In this document: positions 17,918 through 26,491 of the stretch, in pieces
Position numbering within the stretch: the first letter of the stretch is position 1
Layout of the letters: the number at the start of each line of letters is the position of its first letter
NCBI GenBank assembly: GCA_036264445.1
Contig: DATAQW010000424.1
Location: 1 to 61,511 of the forward strand
Direction of reading: 5' to 3'
Length of the DNA stretch: 61,511 bases
Source: Pseudacidobacterium sp.
GTDB lineage: Bacteria > Acidobacteriota > Terriglobia > Terriglobales > Acidobacteriaceae
Notes under the pieces: generated by a model
What the model was told of the DNA's origin: nothing
The model's database searches: none
The model's input: only the letters and a program-made list of their open reading frames with translations
Made by a program: the position numbers and the translations under genes

Positions 17918-18556
17918 ATGGCAAGAACAAAGAGCGCCGCTGCGCATCAAAAGGTTCTGGAAGCCGCGCTCAAGCTCTTTGCGGAGCGCGGCATCGATGC
18001 AACCAGCATGGACGCGATCGCCGAAGCATCGGGCGTCAGCAAGGCAACTATCTACAAGCACTGGCGCGACAAAGACACACTATGCCTGGAAGTGCTTGTT
18101 TACCTGCATGGACTTGATGAAGAACAGCCTGTCTTTGACTCAGGCGACATCCGCGCTGACTTAATTGCGCAATTGAACTATCAGCCAGCCGAGCACAGGC
18201 GCAAGATGAAAGAGCGCATCATGCCTCACCTGATCGCCTACTCAGCCCGAAACCAGGTCTTCGGCCGGCAATGGAGAGAACGGGTTCTGGAGCGGTCGCG
18301 CACACAGCTCAAAGAAATACTGAAGCGCGGCGAGGAGCAGGGCGAGCTGGTGAAGAGTATTAATACCGATATTGCGGTTGCGCTGCTGCTGGGACCCATG
18401 GTCTACCGGCACATCTTTATGAAGCGCTTCGGCGGAAAGATTCCTGCCGATCTGGCCACGCATGTGGTGGATGCATTTCTGGCGGCCTATAGGGCTGGCC
18501 CCTTCGGCTTCGCTCAGGGCAGGCGTCCAAGCGGACGCGCTTCGCACCGGACTTGA
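17918..18556 (+). CDS. TetR/AcrR family transcriptional regulator
   Basis: HTH SMDAIAEASGVSKATIYKHW. Confidence 0.93.
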   Translation: MARTKSAAAHQKVLEAALKLFAERGIDATSMDAIAEASGVSKATIYKHWRDKDTLCLEVLVYLHGLDEEQPVFDSGDIRADLIAQLNYQPAEHRRKMKERIMPHLIAYSARNQVFGRQWRERVLERSRTQLKEILKRGEEQGELVKSINTDIAVALLLGPMVYRHIFMKRFGGKIPADLATHVVDAFLAAYRAGPFGFAQGRRPSGRASHRT

Positions 18557-18640
18557 TTTCACTCCTTGAAGATGTGGCTATTGAATCTTCATGCACACCG
18601 AGTTGGGGAATAATCTGCGGCCCTTCGGTGTTTTGCGTAC

Positions 18641-19921
18641 ATGAAGATTTTGCTTGCTTCCATACCCGTCCCCGGCCATCTGAATCCTATCCTCGGGCTG
18701 GGTAGGATCCTGATGAAACACAATCACGAAGTACTTGTGCAGACAGGCGCTGCGATGCAATCCATGGTTGAAGCTGCAGGAATGCCCTGCGTTCCCCTGC
18801 TCCCTGAAGCTGACATCGATGCACTCAAATACTTTGAAATGCACCCTGAACGGCAGGAGAAAACTCCTGGCATCGAGATGATTTCCTTTGATCTCCAGCA
18901 CTACTTTATGCCAGCGCTTGCTGCCCAGACTGCGGGGCTCAGGGTGGCTGCGCGTGAGTTTTCTGCACACCTCATCGTGACTGATTCTCTGTTCTGGGGA
19001 ACGCTGCCGCTGCTTCTAGGGCAGAGGGAACAGCGCCCGGCGATTGCGCATCTGGGCATCTCAGTCTTGAACGTGGGCAGTGGGAAAAGCATGCCACCCA
19101 AAGCAGACGCATCCGCTGAGCGGTTACGAACCGAACACGACGAGCGTGAACGCGTCTTGCTGCGACCTGTTCAGGCAGCGTTTAATGAGGAACTGGCCAA
19201 GATGGGTTCCCGCGCGATTCCTTGTCCCGTGCTGGAAGCCATGTCGACTCTGCCCGATCTCTATCTTCATCCAGGAATCGAAAGCTTCCAATACTCTGCT
19301 GTCTCGCACTCATCTTCTCCTGTGCGATATATTGGCCCACTGCCTCTGCCGCCGGCGCAGTACTCTCTTCCGGAGTGGTGGCACGAACTTGATGAGTCAA
19401 AACGGCTGGTGCTGGTCACGCAGGGCACCGTTGCCAACTGGGACTTTGGGCAGCTGGTCGGGCCAACTCTGACAGCTCTCGCGGAAGAAAAAGACCTGAT
19501 TGTTCTGGTGACGACGGGCGGGCAGCCGAGTGATTCCATTCCCGTAGAAATTCCTGCGAATGCACGTGTCGCGCAATTCCTGCCGTACGATCTCGTCCTG
19601 CCTCAGGTGGACTTGCTCATTACCAACGGAGGATACGGCACGGTCAACATGGCCCTGTCGCACGGCGTTCCGATTGTTTCGGCAGGGTTGACCGAAGACA
19701 AGGAAGAAGTGTCGGCGCATGTCCAGTGGTCGGGCGCAGGGATTGATCTCAGAACCAATCAGGCGGACCCAGAGGCTGTGCGCACAGCTGCGAGAGAGAT
19801 TCTCGACAGCTCGGGATGCCGCGACCGGGCAAGAGAGCTTGCATTTGAATTTAAGCGTCACGATACGGAAGCCGAGCTGCTTGAACTGGTTGAGGCTTGC
19901 GCCATGGAGACAACTGCCTAA
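18641..19921 (+). CDS. GT1 family UDP-glycosyltransferase (MGT-like)
   Basis: PGHLNP, LVTQGTV and LLITNGGYGTV..ALSHGVP motifs. Confidence 0.9.
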   Translation: MKILLASIPVPGHLNPILGLGRILMKHNHEVLVQTGAAMQSMVEAAGMPCVPLLPEADIDALKYFEMHPERQEKTPGIEMISFDLQHYFMPALAAQTAGLRVAAREFSAHLIVTDSLFWGTLPLLLGQREQRPAIAHLGISVLNVGSGKSMPPKADASAERLRTEHDERERVLLRPVQAAFNEELAKMGSRAIPCPVLEAMSTLPDLYLHPGIESFQYSAVSHSSSPVRYIGPLPLPPAQYSLPEWWHELDESKRLVLVTQGTVANWDFGQLVGPTLTALAEEKDLIVLVTTGGQPSDSIPVEIPANARVAQFLPYDLVLPQVDLLITNGGYGTVNMALSHGVPIVSAGLTEDKEEVSAHVQWSGAGIDLRTNQADPEAVRTAAREILDSSGCRDRARELAFEFKRHDTEAELLELVEACAMETTA

Positions 19922-19924
19922 ATG

Positions 19925-19960
19925 AAAAAAGCCCGGTGGAATTCCGGGCTTTTTTATTTT
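19925..19960. terminator. Bidirectional intrinsic terminator
   Basis: AAAAAAGCCCGG-TGGAATT-CCGGGCTTTTTT between convergent genes. Confidence 0.85.
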
Positions 19961-19974
19961 TCGACCAATCCCCT

Positions 19975-21219
19975 CTAGTTCCAACGACGGAAAATTAATG
20001 ATCCGTTGGTGCCGCCGAATCCGAATGAATTCGACAACGCAATATCGATCTTCGCAGACTGCGGCTTGTTGGGAACGTAGTTCAGCTTGCATTCTGGATC
20101 GAGGTTTTCAAGGTTAATGGTTGGAGGAACAACCTGTTCAGTCAACGCCTTGATCGTGATACCTGCTTCCAGACCGCCAGCGCCGCCGAGCAGATGCCCG
20201 GTCATAGACTTGGTTGAACTAATGAGCAATTTGCCGCTGGTTGCGCGCTCTCCGAAGAACTTCTGCATGGCTGCGCTTTCGAGCACGTCGCCGACCGGAG
20301 TCGACGTGGCGTGCGCGTTCACATACTGGATATCCTCTGGCTTGATGTGCGCGCTCTTTACCGCGTTGTTCATTGCCCGGTAGCAGCCTTCGCCTTCAGG
20401 AGCCATGCTGGTGATGTGATAAGCATCGGCGCTCATGCCATACCCGATAATCTCAGCTAGAATCTTCGCGCCGCGAGCTTTTGCAAACTCCAGTTCTTCA
20501 AGAATGAGGATGCCTGCGCCTTCTCCTACCACAAAGCCATCGCGGTCTTTGTCGAAAGGACGGCTGGCGCGTTCCGGTTCGTCATTGCGCGTAGAAAGAG
20601 CGCGCATCGCAGCAAATCCGCCCACACCCATGGGCGTGATCGAGGCTTCTGTTCCGCCGGCAATCATCACGTCAGCGTCACCACGCTCAATGATGCGATA
20701 GGCATCGCCAATGGAATGTGCGCTGGTTGTGCAAGCCGTGGCAGTGGCCTCATTCGGGCCTCTTGCGCCATAGTGAATGCTTACCTGTCCCGCAGCAAGA
20801 TTGATGATGGCAGCTGGAATGAAAAAGGGCGAAATCTTGCGCGGGCCGCCTTGCAACATGGCATTGTGCTCGCGTTCGATCACGTCGAATCCGCCAATAC
20901 CGGAGCCGATGTGCACGCCGACGCGGTCTCCAATTTCTTCGGTGACCTTCAGGCCGGACATCTCCATCGCCTCTTGCGTAGCGGCAAGAGCAAAGTGGAT
21001 GAAGCGTCCCATCTTGCGAGATTCCTTCTTATCCACAAAGTTCAGTGGATCGAAGTTCTTCACCTCGGCCGCGAAAGTGACGGAAAAACCCGTTGTATCG
21101 AAGGCGGTAATGGGACCCATGCCGCTCTTGCCTGCCAGCAAACCGTTCCAGACCTCAGGCGTTGTGTTGCCTACTCCGCACAACAGCCCGATGCCCGTGA
21201 CTACTACGCGCCGTTGCAA
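19975..21219 (-). CDS. fabF: Beta-ketoacyl-ACP synthase II
   Basis: TACTT catalytic Cys, NAHATST, KSMTGHLLG and SNSFGFGG motifs. TTG start follows acpP. Confidence 0.97.
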   Translation of the reverse strand: MQRRVVVTGIGLLCGVGNTTPEVWNGLLAGKSGMGPITAFDTTGFSVTFAAEVKNFDPLNFVDKKESRKMGRFIHFALAATQEAMEMSGLKVTEEIGDRVGVHIGSGIGGFDVIEREHNAMLQGGPRKISPFFIPAAIINLAAGQVSIHYGARGPNEATATACTTSAHSIGDAYRIIERGDADVMIAGGTEASITPMGVGGFAAMRALSTRNDEPERASRPFDKDRDGFVVGEGAGILILEELEFAKARGAKILAEIIGYGMSADAYHITSMAPEGEGCYRAMNNAVKSAHIKPEDIQYVNAHATSTPVGDVLESAAMQKFFGERATSGKLLISSTKSMTGHLLGGAGGLEAGITIKALTEQVVPPTINLENLDPECKLNYVPNKPQSAKIDIALSNSFGFGGTNGSLIFRRWN

Positions 21220-21221
21220 AG

Positions 21222-21464
21222 CTACTTGCCGCCTTTCGCGTTCTTCTCGATGTAATCGATCGCGTCCTTCACTGTCTTGATCTTTTCAGCATCCTCGTCA
21301 GGAATCTCGAGGTCGAACGCTTCTTCAAACTGCATTACCAGCTCGACCACGTCGAGCGAGTCTGCGCCCAGGTCTTCCTGGAACGATGCACTGGGCGTCA
21401 CCTCGGCTTCGTCGACCTGAAGCTGCTCGACGATAATCTGTTTTACTTTTTCCTCAACTGCCAT
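21222..21464 (-). CDS. acpP: Acyl carrier protein
   Basis: [14 protein letters not shown] phosphopantetheine site and AGGAG RBS. Confidence 0.98.
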   Translation of the reverse strand: MAVEEKVKQIIVEQLQVDEAEVTPSASFQEDLGADSLDVVELVMQFEEAFDLEIPDEDAEKIKTVKDAIDYIEKNAKGGK

Positions 21465-21687
21465 GCGTTTCTCCTATCCATCGATAAGGCAAAAAATTTA
21501 GATGAAACTCTCCCGGGCGCGGCGCACTCTGGAACACACGAATACCGCACTCCGAAATCTCAAGTCTACTGAGCACTCTTCCTAGTGTAAAGGGGACTGC
21601 GCATCCAGCGAAACGCGCTTCGCGCAAAACATGAACACTGCCTGTCCAGCTTTTATTAAATCGGGTTTCAGTGCGAGTATATTCGCT

Positions 21688-23067
21688 ATGCTCCCTATTG
21701 CGGTAATTGTTGTTCTGGCTGTCCTTGCGGGGACAGCGATTGGCTATTGGATCCGCAATCTCAGCTCCCGTTCCGAGATTGCCGCGAAGTCTGCTCTTGT
21801 CGAGTCCGTAGCCACCCAGCTTGCTGACCGCGAAGATCAACTTCGTCAGGCAACCCAGAAAGCTGAATCTTTCGGCGTAGAAAAAGCGCGTTTAGAGGAG
21901 CGTCTGACTGCCGAGCAGGAATCACTGAAACAGGCGCGCGCGGCCCTCGAAGAGAGCTTCCGCAGCGCGGCGTCGCGCGTTCTGAATGAAAACAGCCAGG
22001 CATTTTTGCAGTTGGCACGCCAGGAATTAGGCCAGCAACAACAAACAGCGAGCAACGAATTGGAGCAAAAAGAGCAGGCTATTGAAAACCTGCTGAAACC
22101 AGTCCGTGAGACGCTGGATAAGCTACAGAAGGATACGCAGCAGTTAGAAGTCAAGCGCGAAGGTGCATACCAATCACTAAAGCAGATGGTCGAAGGCATG
22201 CAGACCTCTCAGGCCGACCTTAAGCGGGAGACTTCGCAGCTTGTCTCAGCCCTGCGAGCGCCGAAGGTTCGGGGCAACTGGGGTGAATTGCAGCTGAAAC
22301 GCTGCATAGAATTCGCCGGAATGGTGGAACACGCTTCATTCGACACAGAGGTTTTTGTTCGCGGCGAAGAAAACTCCATCCGTCCGGATTGCGTGATTCA
22401 TCTGCCCAATGAGCGCACAATTGTGATCGACGTAAAAACACCGTTTGATGCGTTCCTGGAGGCTATGAACGCGCCGGACGAAGCTACTCGTGAGCTGAAC
22501 CTGGCAGCACACGCCAGGCGAGTCCGCGAGCATTTGGCAGCTCTTGCCGCAAAATCGTACTGGAAACAATTCAAAGACAGCCCTGACTTCGTAGTTTGTT
22601 TTCTTTCGAGCGAAGTTCTCTTTAGCGCCGCTCTTGAGCAGGATCCGGGCCTGATCGAATTTGGCAGCACTTCGAATGTAATCCTGGCCACGCCAACCAC
22701 TCTCATTGCATTGCTCAAGGCAGTTGCTTATGGCTGGCAGCAGATGGAAATCACGAAAAATGCGCAGGCCATCCAGAAGGTCGGCGAAAACCTGTATAAC
22801 AAGCTGGCAACCGCGCAGGACTACTTCACAAAGATGGGAACAGCCCTTGGCAATGCGGTGAAGCATTACAACAGCCTCGTTGGATGCGTTGAAGGCAGGG
22901 GGAGTGTTTTCACCTACGCGCGAAAATTACATGAACTCCAGATTGGACAAGATGAGTTGCCGGAGATCGGAATGCTCGAATCCGTTACGCGCGAACTCAC
23001 GGCAGAGGACTGGAAGACCGAAGAGAAACAGGAAGAGCCGGACAAAACCCTCTTCCCTGAGAACTAA
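21688..23067 (+). CDS. rmuC: DNA recombination protein RmuC
   Basis: N-terminal TM, coiled coil, RGNWGE, RPDCVIHLP, IDVKTP and LATPTTLIALLK. Confidence 0.93.
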   Translation: MLPIAVIVVLAVLAGTAIGYWIRNLSSRSEIAAKSALVESVATQLADREDQLRQATQKAESFGVEKARLEERLTAEQESLKQARAALEESFRSAASRVLNENSQAFLQLARQELGQQQQTASNELEQKEQAIENLLKPVRETLDKLQKDTQQLEVKREGAYQSLKQMVEGMQTSQADLKRETSQLVSALRAPKVRGNWGELQLKRCIEFAGMVEHASFDTEVFVRGEENSIRPDCVIHLPNERTIVIDVKTPFDAFLEAMNAPDEATRELNLAAHARRVREHLAALAAKSYWKQFKDSPDFVVCFLSSEVLFSAALEQDPGLIEFGSTSNVILATPTTLIALLKAVAYGWQQMEITKNAQAIQKVGENLYNKLATAQDYFTKMGTALGNAVKHYNSLVGCVEGRGSVFTYARKLHELQIGQDELPEIGMLESVTRELTAEDWKTEEKQEEPDKTLFPEN

Positions 23068-23075
23068 ATCCAGAC

Positions 23076-23330
23076 CTACTTTTTCTTGTTTTCGCCCGTA
23101 AACGATCCGGTCGAGTGTATTCCCGCGGGCGTTTCCGGGTGACGCTGTGCTTGTCGTCCTTCGCTGTTCAGTCTCAGGATCCGGTGTTGGTGTGAGCGGC
23201 TGACTCCAGCCAAGGCTGCCTCTTCCGGCTCTACTGGTGTCGGGGTCGACTGCACCGTCGTAGGCGCCCTATGCTTCGCAGCAATATGTTCTTCCTGATT
23301 GTGCGGCTCTGATTTCCTGTGGATTTTCAT
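23076..23330 (-). CDS. Small hydrophilic hypothetical protein
   Basis: 84-aa ORF with an AGAGGG RBS-like element that fills the gap between rmuC and the HIT gene. Confidence 0.5.
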   Translation of the reverse strand: MKIHRKSEPHNQEEHIAAKHRAPTTVQSTPTPVEPEEAALAGVSRSHQHRILRLNSEGRQAQRHPETPAGIHSTGSFTGENKKK

Positions 23331-23423
23331 GCGACATTTCCCTCTATCACTAAAGTGAGATGCCTTCTTTCTTTGCCGGGAAGCTGAGTTGTCTATTGTG
23401 AGCCGCTTCCAACCCCTGTTTTC

Positions 23424-24005
23424 TTACTCCCCTATTTTCCTCATCTTCGCAAACCCTTCGCGAACACGCTGCCATGTTGTTTCTAAATCTTCCGGCAGCA
23501 CTCGCGTCTCCCCTATGACCGTCATAAAGTTTGTATCTCCGGCCCAACGAGGAAGAACATGCAGATGCAGGTGCCCCGCAACACCTGCCCCGGCAGCTTT
23601 GCCCAGATTCAGGCCCATGTTGATCCCTCCTGGGTTATAGACTCTGCCAAGAATCTTCTCAAGATTCTGCGCCTTGTCCATCAGTTCGTGAGCAGTTTCG
23701 GCGGGCAGCGCCGCGAGCGAACCTTCATGCGCGTAGGGCAGGACCATGACATGTCCGGAAGTGTAGGGAAAGCGGTTGAGGCAGACGAACGTCGTTTCGC
23801 CGCGATCGACAATCAGTGCAGCCTTCTCGGCCTGCTCGCGCGGCATGCGGTTGGCCTCTGCGTATGTGACAGCTTCGAGCATGTTGCAGAAGACGCAGCC
23901 CGTGTCGCCCGGCCACGCCGCCAGCTCTTCCGGCACACCCTGGCGTTTGGCTGTATCAGCAGTAGTGACATAGGAGTAGCGCCACGGTGTCCACAGATGG
24001 TCCAT
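23424..24005 (-). CDS. HIT family hydrolase (Ap4A phosphorylase-like)
   Basis: LWTPWR, CVFC, LNRFPYTSGH and HLHLHVLPRW triad. Confidence 0.93.
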   Translation of the reverse strand: MDHLWTPWRYSYVTTADTAKRQGVPEELAAWPGDTGCVFCNMLEAVTYAEANRMPREQAEKAALIVDRGETTFVCLNRFPYTSGHVMVLPYAHEGSLAALPAETAHELMDKAQNLEKILGRVYNPGGINMGLNLGKAAGAGVAGHLHLHVLPRWAGDTNFMTVIGETRVLPEDLETTWQRVREGFAKMRKIGE

Positions 24006-24043
24006 AGGCATTGAGTATATCGACTCGACCCTATACTGAAGCC

Positions 24044-26062
24044 ATGTCACCGGCGCAACTTACGGCCTTGCTCGAACGCACTTTCGGGTTTCCAGCATTT
24101 CGCGCGAACCAGGAAGCTGTGTGCCGCGCCGCAGTCGAAGGCCGTGATGTGTTGCTGGTAATGCCCACCGGAGCAGGAAAATCGCTCTGTTATCAGCTTC
24201 CCGCCATTGCGCGCGGAGGAACGGCGCTGGTTATTAGCCCGCTGATCGCGCTCATGGAAGACCAGTCCGCGAAATTGACCGCTTTGGGGCTCAGGGCTGC
24301 ACGCATCCATTCCGGACTCGACCGTGAAATATCCCGGCAGGTCTGTCGTGAATATCTGAGCGGTAAACTCAACTTTCTATTTATCGCGCCGGAGCGCCTG
24401 CGAGTCCCCGGATTTCCCGAAATGCTGGGAAAACGTAAGCCGGCTCTCATCGCGATTGATGAGGCGCACTGCATTTCCCAATGGGGACACGACTTTCGCC
24501 CCGACTACCGCCTTCTCGGCAGTTATTTGCCTGCTCTGCGTCCCGCTCCGGTGATTGCGCTAACGGCAACTGCAACACCAATCGTCCAGGACGATATCAT
24601 CACGCAACTGCAGCTTAATCAACCCGCTCGTTTCATTCACGGATTCCGGCGCAACAATCTCGCCATTGAAGTCGTCGAGGTCTCAAAGCCAAAGCGAATA
24701 CAGCAGACGTTGAATCTGCTGAAGTCTGCCGAGCACCGCCCTGCCGTCGTCTACGCGCCCACGCGCAAAGACGCAGAGTTACTGGCGCAGGAGCTTTCTG
24801 TGAGCTTTTCAGCTGCGGCGTACCATGCCGGCCTTGAGCCGGATCACCGCGAGCGCGTGCAGCGTGAATTCCTTGCTGGAAAGTTAGAAACCGTTGTCGC
24901 CACCATCGCCTTTGGCATGGGCATCGATAAGCCCGATGTCCGTACCGTGATCCACACCGCCATGCCTGCAAGCCTCGAAGCGTACTACCAGGAAATTGGC
25001 CGCGCAGGCCGGGACGGCAAGCCCAGCCGGACTATCCTGATGCACTCCTACGCTGACCGCCGCACGCATGATTTCTTCTACGAGCGCGATTACCCTCCCG
25101 TCGAAGAACTTGATCTCATTTTCCGCAAACTCGAACCCAGGCCGCACCATAAAGATGAGCTCGCAGAAATGCTCAAGGAAAAACTAAACGACGAAATCTT
25201 CGCAACCGCACTCGATAAGTTGATGACCCACGGCGGTGCTTTGGTCGATTTCGAAGGCAATGTAACGCGTGGCGGCAAGAGCTGGCGTCAGTCGTATCTT
25301 TCACAGGCAAACCAGCGCATGGTGCAGCTTGACCGCGTCATGCGTTACGCCGAATCGCATCAATGCCGCATGGCGCAGCTCGTCCGCCACTTTGGCGATG
25401 AGGATGATGGCCGCCGCGCCTGCGGCCAGTGCGATGTCTGTTCTCCTGAGCGCGCAATCGCACAGCGCTTTCGCCCGCTCAATTCCGAAGAGCGGGAACT
25501 GATGTTTGCCGTATTTCGCGAACTGCGCAGATCCGGCGCGAAGTCCACAGGCAAACTGCATCAGGAATTATGCGGAGGCAACCGGTTCTCCCGCGATCAT
25601 TTTGAGGAGCTTCTCGGAGCTATTAGCAGCGCAGGTTTACTTGAGATTGAAGACACCAGCTTCGAAAAGGATGGCCGCAACATCCCCTGGCGAAAGGCCA
25701 GCCTGACGCGCGAAGGCGAAGAGGCGCAGGACGATGATCCAGTCACGATTCTGATGCGAGACAGCGTTGCTGAGCCTGCCGAAAAACTAGCCAAGCGCGA
25801 ACGCAAGCGCAAAGAACCTAAAGCCGACCTTCCACTCTCACCTGAAGCCACAGCTCTCGCAGAAAAGCTGCGCGCATGGAGACGCGAAGAAGCTGGAAAA
25901 CTTGGCCAGCCTGCATTTTGCGTTTTTTCTGACCGCACATTGCACGCCATTGCAGCGGAACGCCCGCGAACAGAGGAAGAATTACAGGCGGTCGACGGCA
26001 TGGGCGCGGCAAAAATAGCGAAGTTTGGTGACGCGGTCTGCGCCATCTGCTCGGAGCCGTAA
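24044..26062 (+). CDS. recQ: RecQ family ATP-dependent DNA helicase with HRDC domain
   Basis: MPTGAGKSLCYQLP, DEAHCISQWGHDFRP, QEIGRAGRDG, a Zn-binding C..CGQCDVC motif and a C-terminal HRDC. Confidence 0.93.
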   Translation: MSPAQLTALLERTFGFPAFRANQEAVCRAAVEGRDVLLVMPTGAGKSLCYQLPAIARGGTALVISPLIALMEDQSAKLTALGLRAARIHSGLDREISRQVCREYLSGKLNFLFIAPERLRVPGFPEMLGKRKPALIAIDEAHCISQWGHDFRPDYRLLGSYLPALRPAPVIALTATATPIVQDDIITQLQLNQPARFIHGFRRNNLAIEVVEVSKPKRIQQTLNLLKSAEHRPAVVYAPTRKDAELLAQELSVSFSAAAYHAGLEPDHRERVQREFLAGKLETVVATIAFGMGIDKPDVRTVIHTAMPASLEAYYQEIGRAGRDGKPSRTILMHSYADRRTHDFFYERDYPPVEELDLIFRKLEPRPHHKDELAEMLKEKLNDEIFATALDKLMTHGGALVDFEGNVTRGGKSWRQSYLSQANQRMVQLDRVMRYAESHQCRMAQLVRHFGDEDDGRRACGQCDVCSPERAIAQRFRPLNSEERELMFAVFRELRRSGAKSTGKLHQELCGGNRFSRDHFEELLGAISSAGLLEIEDTSFEKDGRNIPWRKASLTREGEEAQDDDPVTILMRDSVAEPAEKLAKRERKRKEPKADLPLSPEATALAEKLRAWRREEAGKLGQPAFCVFSDRTLHAIAAERPRTEEELQAVDGMGAAKIAKFGDAVCAICSEP

Positions 26063-26168
26063 TGCAGCACTTGCACAACAACGAGTGCATTATCGATACC
26101 GCATATGGTTCCAGATAAATCGTTCCGGCCAGCCATATTGCAAATACATGAATCTAAGGGTGATTTAA

Positions 26169-26197
26169 TTGACACTGCCAGCGCAGAGTTCTATGAT
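26169..26197 (+). promoter_or_regulatory. sigma70-type promoter for rpsA, TTGACA-17-TATGAT
   Basis: TTGACA at 26169-26174, a 17-nt spacer, and TATGAT at 26192-26197. Confidence 0.75.
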
Positions 26198-26491
26198 TTT
26201 TTTATAGGGTCTTATGTGCGCGGGATTCAACATAGACCTGTTAAAATCGCCGCTCCTGCATGTTCCTGCCTGGCGGATGTTCCCAACTGGAGACCGACGC
26301 GAGTGTCACCGACACAGCTTCGCCACCCTCTGAGATCTTCCGCGCAGCCCGGCGCGCTAAGGAGTGACGATTCCCGAATCTTCGTTGATCAACCTGAATC
26401 TAATGGGTGAGCGAAGAAATCTGCAGGTATGTAAGCCTTGCATGGCGGAATGCCGGGGCCGCCGACCCTGAATCCCATTGAGCTGGCTGTT

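Noticed and set aside
26105-26410. 101-aa ORF upstream of rpsA
   Set aside because: It spans the rpsA promoter and leader, and has no RBS or recognisable motif.
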